From positions 7,592 to 71,591 of IMG/VR virus record IMGVR_UViG_3300035703_000067: a DNA stretch of 64,000 nt, one strand, 5' to 3'. Under the pieces are notes generated by a model that saw only the letters and a program-made list of their open reading frames with translations, was not told the origin of the DNA and made no database searches. Positions 49,001 to 58,815 of the stretch are shown here, piece after piece (the first letter of the stretch is position 1; each line of letters starts with the position of its first letter). This DNA comes from a virus. The position numbers and the translations under genes were made by a program.

Positions 49001-49166
49001 AGTGCAATTCGACTTCGCTTACCAGAGCGAGGTGATCAACAACGTCGAATACGTCACCAGCGATCAATTCCGCAAGGGAATGGCCGACTCCGCCGAGCGC
49101 GGCAAGAACATGGCCTTCGCAGCGATGCAGAATAACGTCAGCACCCGTAGGCGCCTCGGATTATGA
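43053..49166 (+). CDS. Tape measure protein
   Basis: 2037 aa, helical, Ala/Leu/Lys-rich; C-terminal RASGGP...YLVGEIGPELF.P. Confidence 0.92.
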   Translation: MADSGYRIRVTADTKDAAEKLSAVKGELRTITEKGHDIRLNLDANAIRRSTESSREIAQNLAQSKASLQQASGINVATNSLAGAATLATTFYGLRKDFKGLNQDLGKAVSKTNISEFMRTNEFLDRVVENGRGKTKEIAEIYQNVRELPGSDAVLGPVENFARAKAWETYGSAIAQQTVNAAKQGVVASLEATKDFFYGDVIKEMNSGISSTIDTLARLGLAIQGVQLLVGPLAAAWGAAFDAIIGQNVRLQQTILSTQTTLASTGRIIDQATGQELTDPLEKINALGPSITKAIDNIRIRSLDLAGVTSQQIIDIFGVVSTSIAQVNGDIKDAEDLSISFTAALGTLGIPFYQARQEIGSILGGYITEDSLLAKRLQISNQDIAKAKGNIDGVVGYLKKKLETAVAGQALQAKGFAGVTSNIAEVFEVIAQKIGAPLLKPLIDGLTLVYNGLSKIQGIVSEVGEYISKTIAKTIYSIANIFSSSRVLGNIGKRLNEIGKPFQEMRRNAELGLSDGVTNLLGAWMSGAKEVPKVMEGVVQAMRSLTAFLALQVELVTRPILDMLDMTRERLSGAEGVVQALSRSLQFVFFEGMDAFTLGWDTLESTIKFGAEALTKFGAALIKLKITELTSQIRAAAKVFELFGSLVLGKINLAFAFFNTVADVLSSDFAQIILSITAINKVLNDTETFGLKGLIQWGLQARVMFQKLTEDAMLFVKGFRDSANMESLLANSKKEWDKLLGLTADPGDAKGLKEQLSNLKAFKKEMAKGGAGEEALKRYSEEIDKVGTRLQYAQKELKGLDRVNQIQAETRVLEQQLVTYQKLAREAQFAGAGTAKAMEDYTEKIATATKRLETLRKEAESLTRMQKIGGAAKQFLGMDDAALQAARKAAENASTMAAGAASAKALEGAMEALRLKLGMTKDEFNSLGGVARAAGESLKQFITTTILVNVVFTAITLALSAYFTWLQKVEEAETRRRRSAEAMAVTNKVLASGYQSIIRAAEGGDIASQRLLETQREVIQNQISAETTRLRQLQDEYAKRNDKLFLRKAQVEAYNRLGTDDLITSMQKAAAEGRINALTKEQTKNKKEQAEINRRIYKEQEALAKLNMEAAQVKQYDVLSERRKDLEDKIAEQRKELEKELRDIEFQARMEVLSLEESKRKEMIEQQKRAMEQQFQILINTSTEQEAAILKTTQQYEQALLSAVDNEESRRSQLTQKQMQLRKEIEDYAWKLAKDKVALEKQIGGYKKQMEEYYNKQNLLRGKQMVEDARKAERILNAFWQPTNEEERQQFQNLTQSEKGGKPINTADTMLALQVLDKQDLRISSNDSIEKIVFTVKALRDSMEKRGQTFNSETLAKMTGYDISEANKAVFEALRREAVELTQTGKYYTKPDPNALKQPNLNIDYAGMEASRAKASESILAAQADLNAAQQAGDTQRIQLILDNIRKDISVYTKVKRDYTSALETLDTQLKSLYRGISEFGSSTTLMNNELENIDQQLRNDIRGFFASKKYITTDEVNDIADTLSKGGRIKTNVKIPQTDLNFINALFARAQNAKSVVRENFPVATASDELSKAVAKLTEIMSPEKVREQQSNLLVDAMAQFQELTKSMNETGKYSLQAVINEIRQNVQSQSIGILGQMPNATPETQKVINDLMQAYAGHLVAVNTAMDPMRRAIEDFSNRLAAASRATDTLFGAFKTFTQSAISNMTELDQAVTQFGETISQEFTSQFLDYALAPLREQIKSQMQRLFGVQSAQERANQALILSQNGIVVSNEQLKNAIVALTTKVGQAPAPNGTTSPNPTPPGPVTVPVIPHNESGAQTDGLQKAHDEALKSATDNLNKSAEQTDDSNKKNFDFGKALSGATQAFGAIAMGIGGAQQMGKGGTYNTLMGLASIFGALGSITGMFGTGGIFAAKPRASGGPIKANRPYLVGEIGPELFMPNSDGEIVSNAKSRKLLSAAALAGKTQTFSTNVNSRRNANPAQVQFDFAYQSEVINNVEYVTSDQFRKGMADSAERGKNMAFAAMQNNVSTRRRLGL

Positions 49167-49624
49167 CGATAGCAATAGTCAACTACATCACTAGCAGTGG
49201 TAGTGGGTCTTCCTGGTCATTTCAGAACTTCTTCGTAGGTAGCACAAGTGACTACGACGGTGCATCTCATAACTTCGCCCCCTTTGCCATTACGGGGCGT
49301 GGCGCCCGTAAAGGCGGAGATCGGGCAGACATCGCGCTCGCATTAGGCAATGATCCTATTAGCCTTAACTTCGCTACAGAGTCAGTTGAAAACCGCCACT
49401 TAATTACTATCAAGACCGTACTTCTCGACGGCGCTAATCTGACACCAAGCGCTTTGCTGACCGACGAAATATGGACCGCCTCGAGCATGGAGGTCGATGT
49501 AGAGAAGATCGTTATGCGACTGACATCTCCACTGGATGCAGTGCGATCCCAATTCCCCCGACGTCAACTCAACAGCAAGCTCGTAGGCAGTCTCCCAATC
49601 ACTGGCAATCTCGTGATCTCCTGA
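49163..49624 (+). CDS. Minor tail protein (gpL-like hub)
   Basis: FQNFF, SPLDAV..QFPRR; follows the tape measure. Confidence 0.6.
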   Translation: MTIAIVNYITSSGSGSSWSFQNFFVGSTSDYDGASHNFAPFAITGRGARKGGDRADIALALGNDPISLNFATESVENRHLITIKTVLLDGANLTPSALLTDEIWTASSMEVDVEKIVMRLTSPLDAVRSQFPRRQLNSKLVGSLPITGNLVIS

Positions 49625-50016
49625 AGCCGGCCACACGCCCCTTCACCTGGCACCAGTTTTTGGGACTGCCCTACAAACTCAAGGCCGACCCTCTCGACGG
49701 CGTCGGTGCCGACTGCATACTCCTCACACTGCGCGTCCTCGAGGCGGGAGGCCTCCCTCGTCCACCGGCCGAAGCCTGGTGGTATCGCGCCTTCCGTCGA
49801 GGTGAGATGTCCCGCTTTGACCGAGCGTTCGCGCGCTACACCACTCCCATAGAGAGACCCGAGCAATACGCCCTCACAATTTTCACTGAGCCTCCGCATC
49901 GAGGTTTTGCCGTTGTTGTCGACGGCGGCCTAGTCACTGCTCTCCCCGAGCGCGGTGTGTGTTGGACAGCGCTCTGCTCCACGACTCCTCGCTCCTTTTA
50001 TCGATTGGCGGCATGA
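49621..50016 (+). CDS. NlpC/P60-like tail assembly protein (gpK-like); start uncertain
   Basis: WHQFLGLPY...GADCI; no ATG near the expected start (CTG at 49621 overlaps the upstream stop). Confidence 0.6.
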   Translation: MKPATRPFTWHQFLGLPYKLKADPLDGVGADCILLTLRVLEAGGLPRPPAEAWWYRAFRRGEMSRFDRAFARYTTPIERPEQYALTIFTEPPHRGFAVVVDGGLVTALPERGVCWTALCSTTPRSFYRLAA

Positions 50017-53000
50017 GCGACTACCCCCTCCTTCCCTCCGACCGCTACCTCGCTCAGATGCTCGGCATCACGGACGAGGAATACGCCGAGTTCAAAGCCG
50101 AGGCGCGGAGGCGTCATCGAGAAGGACCATCAGCTCTGGTTGTAAACACGCCTGCGGCGCTTGCCATCGTCTCGCTCGTCCTGACCGTCATCTCGATCGG
50201 CCTGACGATCGTCGCCCAGTTCTTCAAGCCAAAGCCCGGGCGCCCGGCCCAGCTCAAAGCCAACGACAAATCCGAGGACGCGATCAACAGCGTCGAGCGC
50301 TACGCCCCTCGAGTGGGCTTCGACGCCGCTCAAGAAATCGCCCGCATCGGCCAGGTCATACCCCTGGTCTACACAAAACGCGAACTGATCGCCGGCGCCG
50401 ATGGCGACGAGAACGTCGGTGGCGTCCGGATCACATGCCCCCTGATCTGGTCCCAGATCAAAAGCTATGGAGGCAACCAGTTACTCCGTGCCATTTTCCT
50501 GCTGAGCGAGGGCCAGATCACCTCAATCGACCCCAACAACTTCGCCATCGGCTCCAATGTCATTGGCTCCTACCTCCTCTCCGCTGCAGGCACCGAATCA
50601 CGCCTGTCCATCTATCTCAAGAAGGGTGGCGGCAGCCAACGCATTGGCGACGGTCACTTCCTGACCGGTCGCCCCCCGAGCACGGACCCCGGACGCGATC
50701 CCTCCGGCGACGTTTTTGCCGTCGATAGCGCTCCAGACTTCTGCTCAGTCTCCAAGCCCACCACCCAGACAACCTTCGGTCTCTACGCCCCGATTGGCAA
50801 CAACCTCGGCTTCCGCGTCAACCCCGTCTTCCGCCCCGCCGTGCAAGCGCAGCTTGTCCCCGAGGGCGACGATGGTGACGCCAAGGTCAAATGCGACCGT
50901 GATGTGGTCTCCGCATCGCAACGCCAAAAGTACAAGGCGATGTTCTCCACACGCTCAGGCTTAATAGCGGGTGACGTTAATGCCCTGGATGCTGAATGTA
51001 CCTATAAGCTCTTCAAATCCAGCGATAAAGACACAGACTTCTCTGTTGCCTCCAGCGCGGGCGAGTGGGAACCAAGCGTCGAGATCCAGAACGCCAGCAC
51101 CTTCGCCTGGGGCGCGGGGCTACCCGCTGGCGTCACATCTCAAGAAATCAAAGACTTGATAGCCATCAGCAACAAAACCGTTGACGATGACCAAAAGATT
51201 ATCACATCAACTGCAACTTTTAACATTACGGAAGCCGCAGCCCTATTCGCTGCCGCATCCAAGCCAGGCACCTATGACCTCAAATACAAGATCAAATTTT
51301 CCAACGACAATGGCTCAGACGTAGTCACACTCGAAAAAACCTGGGTAGTCCAAGTCAAAGTCGAAAAGGAGTCCACCTACGCAGGTATATGGAACGACAA
51401 CTCCAGCTCAACTGACGCGCAATGGTCTTACGATCCCAATACAGAAACAATTACCAAGGTCAGCGGGGGCTCAATCAACGTCGATGGCGAAGTCGTCATT
51501 GAAGTGGATGACACCAACATCACCCTGTCGTTCGATGGAGGTAGCGAAGCCACCTCCAACCTCAACACGGGCTTAATGACCCGCCAAATCACGGCGAACT
51601 ATTCCGGGGAAAACTTCCATGAGGAATTGGCCGGCGACGTTGCTTCAACAGTCGGCTCTAAGCAGCGTGGCTGGGACGACTCCATCATCCTGGGTGAACT
51701 GTACAAGGTCGGCAGCGCAATCTGCATCTGCTCTGAGCGTACCGATGACGTATTTCAATCCGAGGCCGAGTTTGAGAGTACCGGTGGCGGCAAAGAAGTC
51801 ACAGCCAAGTTCAAAACGATCCGCCCCGGTGAAACAGCCATTTACGACCCTGAACTCCTTGAACGCTCGGGAAAGGAAGAAGTAGGAGCCAACGAGCGAA
51901 AGACCGGAACCAACGGCCCCCACATCCATCGCATCGCGTTAGGTGAAGTGTCCACAAGCCGTGCCTGTGAAAAAGTCGAAATCGGCCTCAAGTCAGTCCT
52001 CGGTATCCGTGTCGGTGGTCTGTGCAACTTCAAAGACACCCTGAGCTTTAGTGATGTTGACGACAAAGCATGTAAAAACAAACAAGGCAGTAAGGTTGAC
52101 AAAGGCGACACTCTCAAGGTCGACATCTACCAATCCGGTGTGCTCTCCTGCAGCGTTGAGCGTTTTTCCTTCTTCCGCATTGCCTACCGCGAGGCCGGCA
52201 CCACAGGAGAGTTCATCGACCTAGGCGCCAACTTTGGCGTGCGCGGCATTACCCAGCAAAACCAGTTCAACGGCATCGTCTTCAACATGGGTGCCCGCAA
52301 GCGATGGACCTTCCGCTTTGAACCTGTTTCTGGCTGGGAAATCCGCTACGGCAAGGCCCCTGGTCCTCTACACATTCTCGATGCCAAGCTGGGCAACATC
52401 GTGACCCAGGGCATCTATTCATTCCGTGGTCAAACCATTGACGCCAACATCGACGAGTTCGGGATCTCGATCTCCCGTCGCGGTGATGGCCTCGGCCTCG
52501 GTCATCGCGACGGAAACAATTTTGTCGATGGCTGGGGCAAGCTCGCCGAGCAGTTCATCTACGAAGAAGTCAGCGCGAGCACCCAAGGCCCCGAACACGA
52601 GATCGTCTACCTAAACGAGATTGTCTCCAACGAGACAACACCCAACTACGACAACCTGGCAATTATTGGCCTCAACATCCGCTCCTCTACAGAGTGGCAG
52701 CAATTCTCCCAGTTTTCTTGCTACGTCACCGGCGGCATCAACAACACCCACCTATTCCCCGAGATCCTCGAAGACCTCCTGACCAACGACCGCTACGGAC
52801 TTGGCCACGCTATCTCGGCGGAGCAGATCGATACCGACTCCTTTGATGCCGCGACAACGTGGTGCTCCGAGCGCGGCTACTACTTTGACGGCGTGATTTC
52901 CGAGCGCCAGAACATCCGCCAATGGGCGGCCGACGTAGCAGCCACCATGCTTCTGATTTTCGGCGAGGCCAACGGTCGCTTCTTCCTTCGCCCAGCCGTT

Positions 53001-53738
53001 CCCTTCGACGGCGTCGAAATCAAGGGCATGTTCACGGCCGACAACGTCCTCGAGAAGACGTACCAAATGCAGTACTTCGACGCCGAGGATCGCCTACCGA
53101 TCCAGGTGTCGATCAAATACCGCGAGGAGCGCGACTCCGACAACCCCACCAGCCCCGGCGTGTTCCCCACCGAGCGCGAACTGTTGATCCGTGAAGCTGG
53201 CACAGCCGAGACCGAGAAGATCGAAGCCATCGACGTATCGGACTACGTCACCAGCAAGGTCCATGCGATCGACATCGCCAAGTACGTCATCCGCATGCGG
53301 CGCCTGCCCACCCACGGCATCAAGTTCCAAACCACCTACGACGGCTTGACAGCCAACCTGGCGCCAGGCGACTACATCCGCTGCGCCATCGACTCCACCT
53401 ACTACGACGACTTCAACAACGGCGTGGTGAGCGCCACCGGCGCTTTAACAAGCACCCAATCCCTGAGCGACGGCACCTATCAGGTCTTCGCCTGGGATGG
53501 CACCGGTGAAACGGCTCCGGCCGAGACCACACTCACGGTTAGCGGAGGTGGCACGACTGCAACGCCCACCGGCGTCATCTTCTCCGTCCAGAACGTGACG
53601 ACCTCCATCCGCACCTACCAGATCGAATCCCTAGGTCTGGAGGAGAACGGCGCGATCAGCATTGAGGCCATCCACATGCCCACCGATGAAATGACGGCAA
53701 ACTGGGATAGCGCCGGTGCCTGGACAATCGAGCAGTAA
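50013..53738 (+). CDS. Tail tip / host-specificity protein (gpI+gpJ-like)
   Basis: 1241 aa; IPLVY, LLTNDRYGLG..I...ID.DSF..A, FDGVI, LAPGDYI. Confidence 0.8.
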   Translation: MSDYPLLPSDRYLAQMLGITDEEYAEFKAEARRRHREGPSALVVNTPAALAIVSLVLTVISIGLTIVAQFFKPKPGRPAQLKANDKSEDAINSVERYAPRVGFDAAQEIARIGQVIPLVYTKRELIAGADGDENVGGVRITCPLIWSQIKSYGGNQLLRAIFLLSEGQITSIDPNNFAIGSNVIGSYLLSAAGTESRLSIYLKKGGGSQRIGDGHFLTGRPPSTDPGRDPSGDVFAVDSAPDFCSVSKPTTQTTFGLYAPIGNNLGFRVNPVFRPAVQAQLVPEGDDGDAKVKCDRDVVSASQRQKYKAMFSTRSGLIAGDVNALDAECTYKLFKSSDKDTDFSVASSAGEWEPSVEIQNASTFAWGAGLPAGVTSQEIKDLIAISNKTVDDDQKIITSTATFNITEAAALFAAASKPGTYDLKYKIKFSNDNGSDVVTLEKTWVVQVKVEKESTYAGIWNDNSSSTDAQWSYDPNTETITKVSGGSINVDGEVVIEVDDTNITLSFDGGSEATSNLNTGLMTRQITANYSGENFHEELAGDVASTVGSKQRGWDDSIILGELYKVGSAICICSERTDDVFQSEAEFESTGGGKEVTAKFKTIRPGETAIYDPELLERSGKEEVGANERKTGTNGPHIHRIALGEVSTSRACEKVEIGLKSVLGIRVGGLCNFKDTLSFSDVDDKACKNKQGSKVDKGDTLKVDIYQSGVLSCSVERFSFFRIAYREAGTTGEFIDLGANFGVRGITQQNQFNGIVFNMGARKRWTFRFEPVSGWEIRYGKAPGPLHILDAKLGNIVTQGIYSFRGQTIDANIDEFGISISRRGDGLGLGHRDGNNFVDGWGKLAEQFIYEEVSASTQGPEHEIVYLNEIVSNETTPNYDNLAIIGLNIRSSTEWQQFSQFSCYVTGGINNTHLFPEILEDLLTNDRYGLGHAISAEQIDTDSFDAATTWCSERGYYFDGVISERQNIRQWAADVAATMLLIFGEANGRFFLRPAVPFDGVEIKGMFTADNVLEKTYQMQYFDAEDRLPIQVSIKYREERDSDNPTSPGVFPTERELLIREAGTAETEKIEAIDVSDYVTSKVHAIDIAKYVIRMRRLPTHGIKFQTTYDGLTANLAPGDYIRCAIDSTYYDDFNNGVVSATGALTSTQSLSDGTYQVFAWDGTGETAPAETTLTVSGGGTTATPTGVIFSVQNVTTSIRTYQIESLGLEENGAISIEAIHMPTDEMTANWDSAGAWTIEQ

Positions 53739-53740
53739 GC

Positions 53741-54142
53741 ATGGCTGTCACGTTCCCCTCTATTGCACCAACAAATAGAAGCTTTTCCGCTCCTATTTAT
53801 CCCGTCACTGTTTATCGCAGTCAAAGCGGCACTTCTACCCGTCGTTTATGGGCGAGCGCTCCCTCCAACGCGCGCTTAAGCCTGACGTTCAGCAACATTG
53901 CCGACGCAGATGCTGCTTCGATCCTCACTTGCTACAACAACGCCCTCGGAAGCGTCGAAACCTTGACCCTCCCCACGGCAGTGTTCAACGGCGCCGAGAT
54001 CGCGCTCGCCGCATTCCTCAGCCAATCAGGCACGGTCCTCAACTGGCACTTTGCTGACGACTCACCCCCGAAGGTCGACAGCGTCGTCCCCGGTCGCTCG
54101 TCCGTGAGCCTTGAGCTCATCGCATCCCTCGACTACTCCTGA
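53741..54142 (+). CDS. Distal-tail-like protein
   Basis: FPSIAPTNRSF...LSLTFSNI; tail module context. Confidence 0.55.
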   Translation: MAVTFPSIAPTNRSFSAPIYPVTVYRSQSGTSTRRLWASAPSNARLSLTFSNIADADAASILTCYNNALGSVETLTLPTAVFNGAEIALAAFLSQSGTVLNWHFADDSPPKVDSVVPGRSSVSLELIASLDYS

Positions 54143-54145
54143 CCC

Positions 54146-54547
54146 ATGGCCTACGCCATCGCCCACGACGCTGAGATGAAGTGGAACGGGACCGTCCTCG
54201 GTCTCGCCCGCGACATCAGCTTGAGCATCAGCAAGGACGCGCTCGAAACCACCACCCTTGGTGAGCGCGACCGCACCTATGTCGGTGGCCTACGCGGAGC
54301 CACAGGTAGTTGCAGCCTTCTTTACGACGACAGCGACACCCTGGTCGCCTCGCTGCTTAACCGCATCACGAGCAACACCACCGCCGAGGACGACGGTGAC
54401 CTCACCTTTAACTTCGCCGCCAACGGCGCCCGCTTCATCCTTCCGGTGCTGATCACCTCAGTAGGCATCACGGCCTCGGCTGGTGATCTCGTCGCCGCCG
54501 ACGTCGAATTCCAAGTGACCGGTCCTCTGCCCACCGGCGCGTTCTGA
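54146..54547 (+). CDS. Small tail-tube-fold protein
   Basis: LETTTLG..RTYVGGLR.ATGS..., VEFQVTG. Confidence 0.65.
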   Translation: MAYAIAHDAEMKWNGTVLGLARDISLSISKDALETTTLGERDRTYVGGLRGATGSCSLLYDDSDTLVASLLNRITSNTTAEDDGDLTFNFAANGARFILPVLITSVGITASAGDLVAADVEFQVTGPLPTGAF

Positions 54548-55248
54548 TGTCACTTCTGGGTCAAGGTGGCACGCTCACCTTCTCCAGGGCACCGAGAGAG
54601 ATTCTCGTTCTCACGCCCCAAGACAGGCGCGAACAGAGCAACACCTTCCAGACATCCGGCCACGCGCTGTGGAGTGGCGACTTTGTGGAGCTCTCCCCCG
54701 AGAGCGGGCCGGCTCTCCCTCCCTACTACGAGACGTGTTTCGTCCATATCGACCGACTCCGCCGCATCAGTCTTTACACATCGAAACAAGAAGCGCTCGC
54801 CGGAGACCCCTCTGCGCGCATGCCGCTCCCCGAGAGCGGCGACAACCCCCTGCGCCTCCGCCCCCTCGATGGTGACTACGACGTGAGCGCACGCCTGGGC
54901 GAGTGGACCCTGCACACCGACGCGGTGTACCTCAACGAAAGCCTGGTGGAACGCCAACTGGGCTCAGGCGCCTTGGCGCTGTGTGCCTGTGGAGGACAAC
55001 TGAGCTTTACCTACGAAACAGAGAGCGCAAGGTCCTTCATCCGCGATGTGGCAACGATCTCAAATCTGCTCGAAAACAATGCGAGTCTAACTGCATCATT
55101 TGAAATCCAGTACGACTCTAAGCATCAACTCGCATATTCCTTAGGCATCACACCACTCGCTCATGTTATCAATTATCGCGACCTACCAAATGTAGAAGGA
55201 ACCGTCGACTTTTCCGCCACTCATCTGCCCCAGCTCAGGCAAATCTGA
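54547..55248 (+). CDS. Minor tail protein
   Basis: Coupled ORF in the tail module. Confidence 0.55.
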   Translation: MSLLGQGGTLTFSRAPREILVLTPQDRREQSNTFQTSGHALWSGDFVELSPESGPALPPYYETCFVHIDRLRRISLYTSKQEALAGDPSARMPLPESGDNPLRLRPLDGDYDVSARLGEWTLHTDAVYLNESLVERQLGSGALALCACGGQLSFTYETESARSFIRDVATISNLLENNASLTASFEIQYDSKHQLAYSLGITPLAHVINYRDLPNVEGTVDFSATHLPQLRQI

Positions 55249-55317
55249 CGAATCTCGTCAACACATAAGCGCTACGCTTTGGCTAGCCCGTGAGGGCGCG
55301 TTCGCAAGCGGCGCCTT

Positions 55318-57615
55318 ATGTCAGCACAAATCATCCATAAGGGGAGTGGAATCCAAGGCAACGCGCCCCTCCCCACAGACCTGGAAACCCAGGAAATCGC
55401 AGTCAACTACAACGCCAATGACCCGGCGCTGTACCTCAAGGACTCGGCCGGGGCCATCCGCCGTGTCGGTGGCAAAGGGAGCACCAGCGCCCCCGGTGCC
55501 GTCCAACTCACCAACGCGCTGAACTCCACCAGCGAGCTTCTTGCCCCTACAGCAAAAGCGCTGAAAGAGGTCAACGACGACCTGCAGGCGTTCAAGGACG
55601 CCCTGACCTACACCAAGCGGCTCTACGTCAACACCGAGGGCGACGACACAGCCGATGGCGACAGCCCGGCCACCGCGCTTAGAACGATCAAGAAGGCGGT
55701 CGAACTCTCCAGCCCCGGCACCGCCATCTTGGTGCAAGCCGGTGTCTACATCGAGGAGTGCCCGATCATCGTCCCCCGCCAGGTGGGCATCTTCGGCGAT
55801 TCGCTCCGCCAAGTCACGATCAAGCCGACCGAGGCCACCAAGTACGAGGGCTTCTTCCAGGTCGATTCCGGCTTCTACTGCTTCGGTTGCACGTTCACCG
55901 GTCACCAGCAAGGCACCCACCAGGGCGTCTACAAGACCGCCTGGGTGGTGCAATTCAACGCCACGGCCGACAACCTCGCACTCGGCGCCGACGACTTCGG
56001 CGCTTATGTGACTCGTTCGCCCTACATGCAGAACTGCACGAGCTTGACCGCTCGTCAGAACGAGGGCGCTGGTGGCTCCGTCTCCACTGGCGTCACCGGT
56101 GGCGGCTTGATGGTGGACGGCGCCGCTTGCGCGAGCAACTCGCCGCTGCGCTCGATGGTGGTCGACTCGTTCACCCAGGTGAACCTCGGCGGCCCCGGTT
56201 GCTTCATCAAGAACGACGGCTTCGCGCAGCTGGTCTCGTTCTTCTCCACCTTCTGCGAGTACCACGTCCGTTGCGAGAGCGGCGGCCAAGCCTCGATCTC
56301 GGCGTCGACCACGAACTTCGGCACCTATGGCTTGGTAGCCGATGGCTACTCGACCAACCCGGTCTTCTCCGGCACCTCGGCCGGTTCGACGACCAACTAC
56401 GTCAACATCATCAACATCAGCCAACCTCGCTTTGGCTACGAGGCTCGCCCACTTCCCGGCCTCCTCATGCAGGTGGGCTCAGAGTTCTACACCGTCACCG
56501 GCTCGGTGCCCCTGACCGATGGCCAAGTGGGCTATCGCGTCAACTTCTTCCCCGCACTCGATCAAGCCATTCCTCAAGGGACCACGATCAACTTCGTGCG
56601 CCGCTCCCAGATCTCGACGGGCGGCCACAACATGGAGTACGTCGGTGCGGGCACCAACTACAACGCCCTCCCCGAGAACGGCGGCGTACCCATCCCGGCC
56701 AACGAAACGGTCGAAACGAACCGGGGGCGCGTCTTCTTCATCTCCTTCGACCACCTGGGCAACCTCCGGGTGGGCAAGGGTTTCGACGTGGATGGCGCCA
56801 CTGGCAACGTCACGATCTCAACCGATCAGTTCAACCTTGCGGGTTTGAACTTCATTGGTCCCTTCAAGCGCAATGGCGTCTTCGTCGGTGAGCAGCTCCG
56901 AGAGATCAGCAACGATGTCAACCTGCTCTCGGCAGCAACCGGCACTCCTGACGGCAACGCAGTCCCGACTCAATACGCAGTAACCCAGTACCTCGAGACC
57001 AACTACCAAGACAAGCTTGTCTCAGGGACCAACATCAAAGGTCTCCAGAGCGGTGAGCAGATCGACTCTCTACTGGGAAGTGGAACGCTTCAGTTCCGCC
57101 GCCTGGTCAACGGTGAGTTGGTCTATGGCCTGATCGGCCAGGACGACATTCAGTTCAAGACGATCAACGGCAACCAGATCTTCGGAGCCGGTGACCTGAC
57201 CATTGTTGGTGGTGGTGGCGGGGGTGAAGGCGGCGGCGCGATCTACCGCAACTCCACTTCGCTCACCACCCCGTCGATCAATGCCGGGGCTTCCTACGAG
57301 GGCGTGTTGGTCCTTCCCAAGAGCTGCGTGCTCCTGAAGGTGGACCTCTCCAAGCCGTCTTGGTTCCGCCTTTACAACCGCGACGCCGCACTCGACGCCG
57401 ACCTGACCCGAGCCCGCACTGACGATCCACCACCGGCCCGTGGCGTGGTGGTGGAGGTCATCGCGGAAGCCTCCGGCGCCACCGTTCTGGCCCCCACCAT
57501 CAACGCCAACAACATGGAGGATCCGACCACAACGGATTACCCCTTCCGCATCACCAACAATGGAACGACCGGTTCCATCACCATCCTGCTCACCTATCTC
57601 CAACTGGAGGTCTGA
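55318..57615 (+). CDS. Tail fibre/spike with beta-helix domain
   Basis: EIAVN, GAVQLT..APTAKALK, YVN..GDD, TIKKA, GDSLR, RSPYMQNCTS. Confidence 0.75.
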   Translation: MSAQIIHKGSGIQGNAPLPTDLETQEIAVNYNANDPALYLKDSAGAIRRVGGKGSTSAPGAVQLTNALNSTSELLAPTAKALKEVNDDLQAFKDALTYTKRLYVNTEGDDTADGDSPATALRTIKKAVELSSPGTAILVQAGVYIEECPIIVPRQVGIFGDSLRQVTIKPTEATKYEGFFQVDSGFYCFGCTFTGHQQGTHQGVYKTAWVVQFNATADNLALGADDFGAYVTRSPYMQNCTSLTARQNEGAGGSVSTGVTGGGLMVDGAACASNSPLRSMVVDSFTQVNLGGPGCFIKNDGFAQLVSFFSTFCEYHVRCESGGQASISASTTNFGTYGLVADGYSTNPVFSGTSAGSTTNYVNIINISQPRFGYEARPLPGLLMQVGSEFYTVTGSVPLTDGQVGYRVNFFPALDQAIPQGTTINFVRRSQISTGGHNMEYVGAGTNYNALPENGGVPIPANETVETNRGRVFFISFDHLGNLRVGKGFDVDGATGNVTISTDQFNLAGLNFIGPFKRNGVFVGEQLREISNDVNLLSAATGTPDGNAVPTQYAVTQYLETNYQDKLVSGTNIKGLQSGEQIDSLLGSGTLQFRRLVNGELVYGLIGQDDIQFKTINGNQIFGAGDLTIVGGGGGGEGGGAIYRNSTSLTTPSINAGASYEGVLVLPKSCVLLKVDLSKPSWFRLYNRDAALDADLTRARTDDPPPARGVVVEVIAEASGATVLAPTINANNMEDPTTTDYPFRITNNGTTGSITILLTYLQLEV

Positions 57616-57621
57616 TCCACC

Positions 57622-58635
57622 ATGGCAGCAACACTGACCACCGTTGAGCATGGGGTTGTCGCAACCCTCGCTACAGCGGTCGACAAACTCCGCATCGGCC
57701 GCGAAAACGCAGGCTTCGGTACTCGTTCATTCACCACTGGCTCCATCACAACGAGCTACGTCGACATCTACAAGTTCACTGAAGGCACCGGCACTAATGC
57801 AGACACCTTTATCAAGTTTTACAATTCGGGGCAGTATCAGTACTACCAGCAAGGTAAATCCATCGCTCTGGATGGAAACGGCTTTCCCACTAACGTGTTA
57901 AATGATGGAGGAGCCGCGGCTCAAGTCCTCGTTGGAACAGGCGAGATTAACAGTACAACACGTCTTGGTATTTATGCTACGTCTACAGCGTATCGCTCGC
58001 TTTCGTTTAAGCCCACCAGCGGCTCTCAATACGGAGTCCATATTTATCAGAAATACGATAGCAGCTCGGCAAGCTATCAAACTGTCCTGGGAGAAATCTT
58101 TGTAAAACCACAGAATAGGCCAGCCGCCGTTACAGCTAATAACATGGCTCTGACTCAGTTTATGTATTTTGACAACTACATAACTAGGTACGGAGACACT
58201 TATGACGGCCCCCGGTGGCTCTACCCGGATAGCCCCTACAGTTTCTGGAGTGGGAGAAGCCCAGCGACAAGCGGTGAGACCTATGACAGGACTGCCCTCT
58301 ACACAAGACTGAGCCGAGGCACAACAGGCTACCTTAAAGAAGATGGTGATTCTTACAACGGTGGACAAACAATAGTAGGCACCTACAGCTATGGATGCGA
58401 CTACTTCATGCGTAGTTGCGACCCCATGGTCTACGACGTATGGGATGTTAGCGATGACGGTGTGACCTATAAGCTCGCCCGTCCGCTCACGCTGCGTCAC
58501 CGTTCGCGCCCTGTCGGCGTCACCCCTACCGACTTTGCCATCGGCCCCTTGCTGAGCCCTGGCACTGAAATGACTGTTAGCGCCGGAGAGGTTTACACCG
58601 CTCTCGGTGGCTCCCTGTTCCTACGCACAACTTGA
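57622..58635 (+). CDS. Hypothetical virion / receptor-binding protein
   Basis: Thr/Tyr/Gly-rich with an AT-richer core. Confidence 0.6.
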   Translation: MAATLTTVEHGVVATLATAVDKLRIGRENAGFGTRSFTTGSITTSYVDIYKFTEGTGTNADTFIKFYNSGQYQYYQQGKSIALDGNGFPTNVLNDGGAAAQVLVGTGEINSTTRLGIYATSTAYRSLSFKPTSGSQYGVHIYQKYDSSSASYQTVLGEIFVKPQNRPAAVTANNMALTQFMYFDNYITRYGDTYDGPRWLYPDSPYSFWSGRSPATSGETYDRTALYTRLSRGTTGYLKEDGDSYNGGQTIVGTYSYGCDYFMRSCDPMVYDVWDVSDDGVTYKLARPLTLRHRSRPVGVTPTDFAIGPLLSPGTEMTVSAGEVYTALGGSLFLRTT

Positions 58636-58641
58636 TGAGCC

Positions 58642-58815
58642 ATGCCTGCATCACAAGCTCCTCTTGTGCTGCCCGAGTATCAGGCAGTGACCATTCTTGA
58701 AGCCTCGGTGAATTTTACCCAGGTTTTTCCCGCTAGTACGCCGCAACTCGTCGAACTGGGTAGCGGCCCCCTCCGTCCTACAGCCGGCCAAGTTTATCCC
58801 CGAGGTGACCGATGA
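58642..58815 (+). CDS. Small hypothetical protein
   Basis: 57 aa, ends RPTAGQVYPRGDR, overlaps the next ATG. Confidence 0.5.
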   Translation: MPASQAPLVLPEYQAVTILEASVNFTQVFPASTPQLVELGSGPLRPTAGQVYPRGDR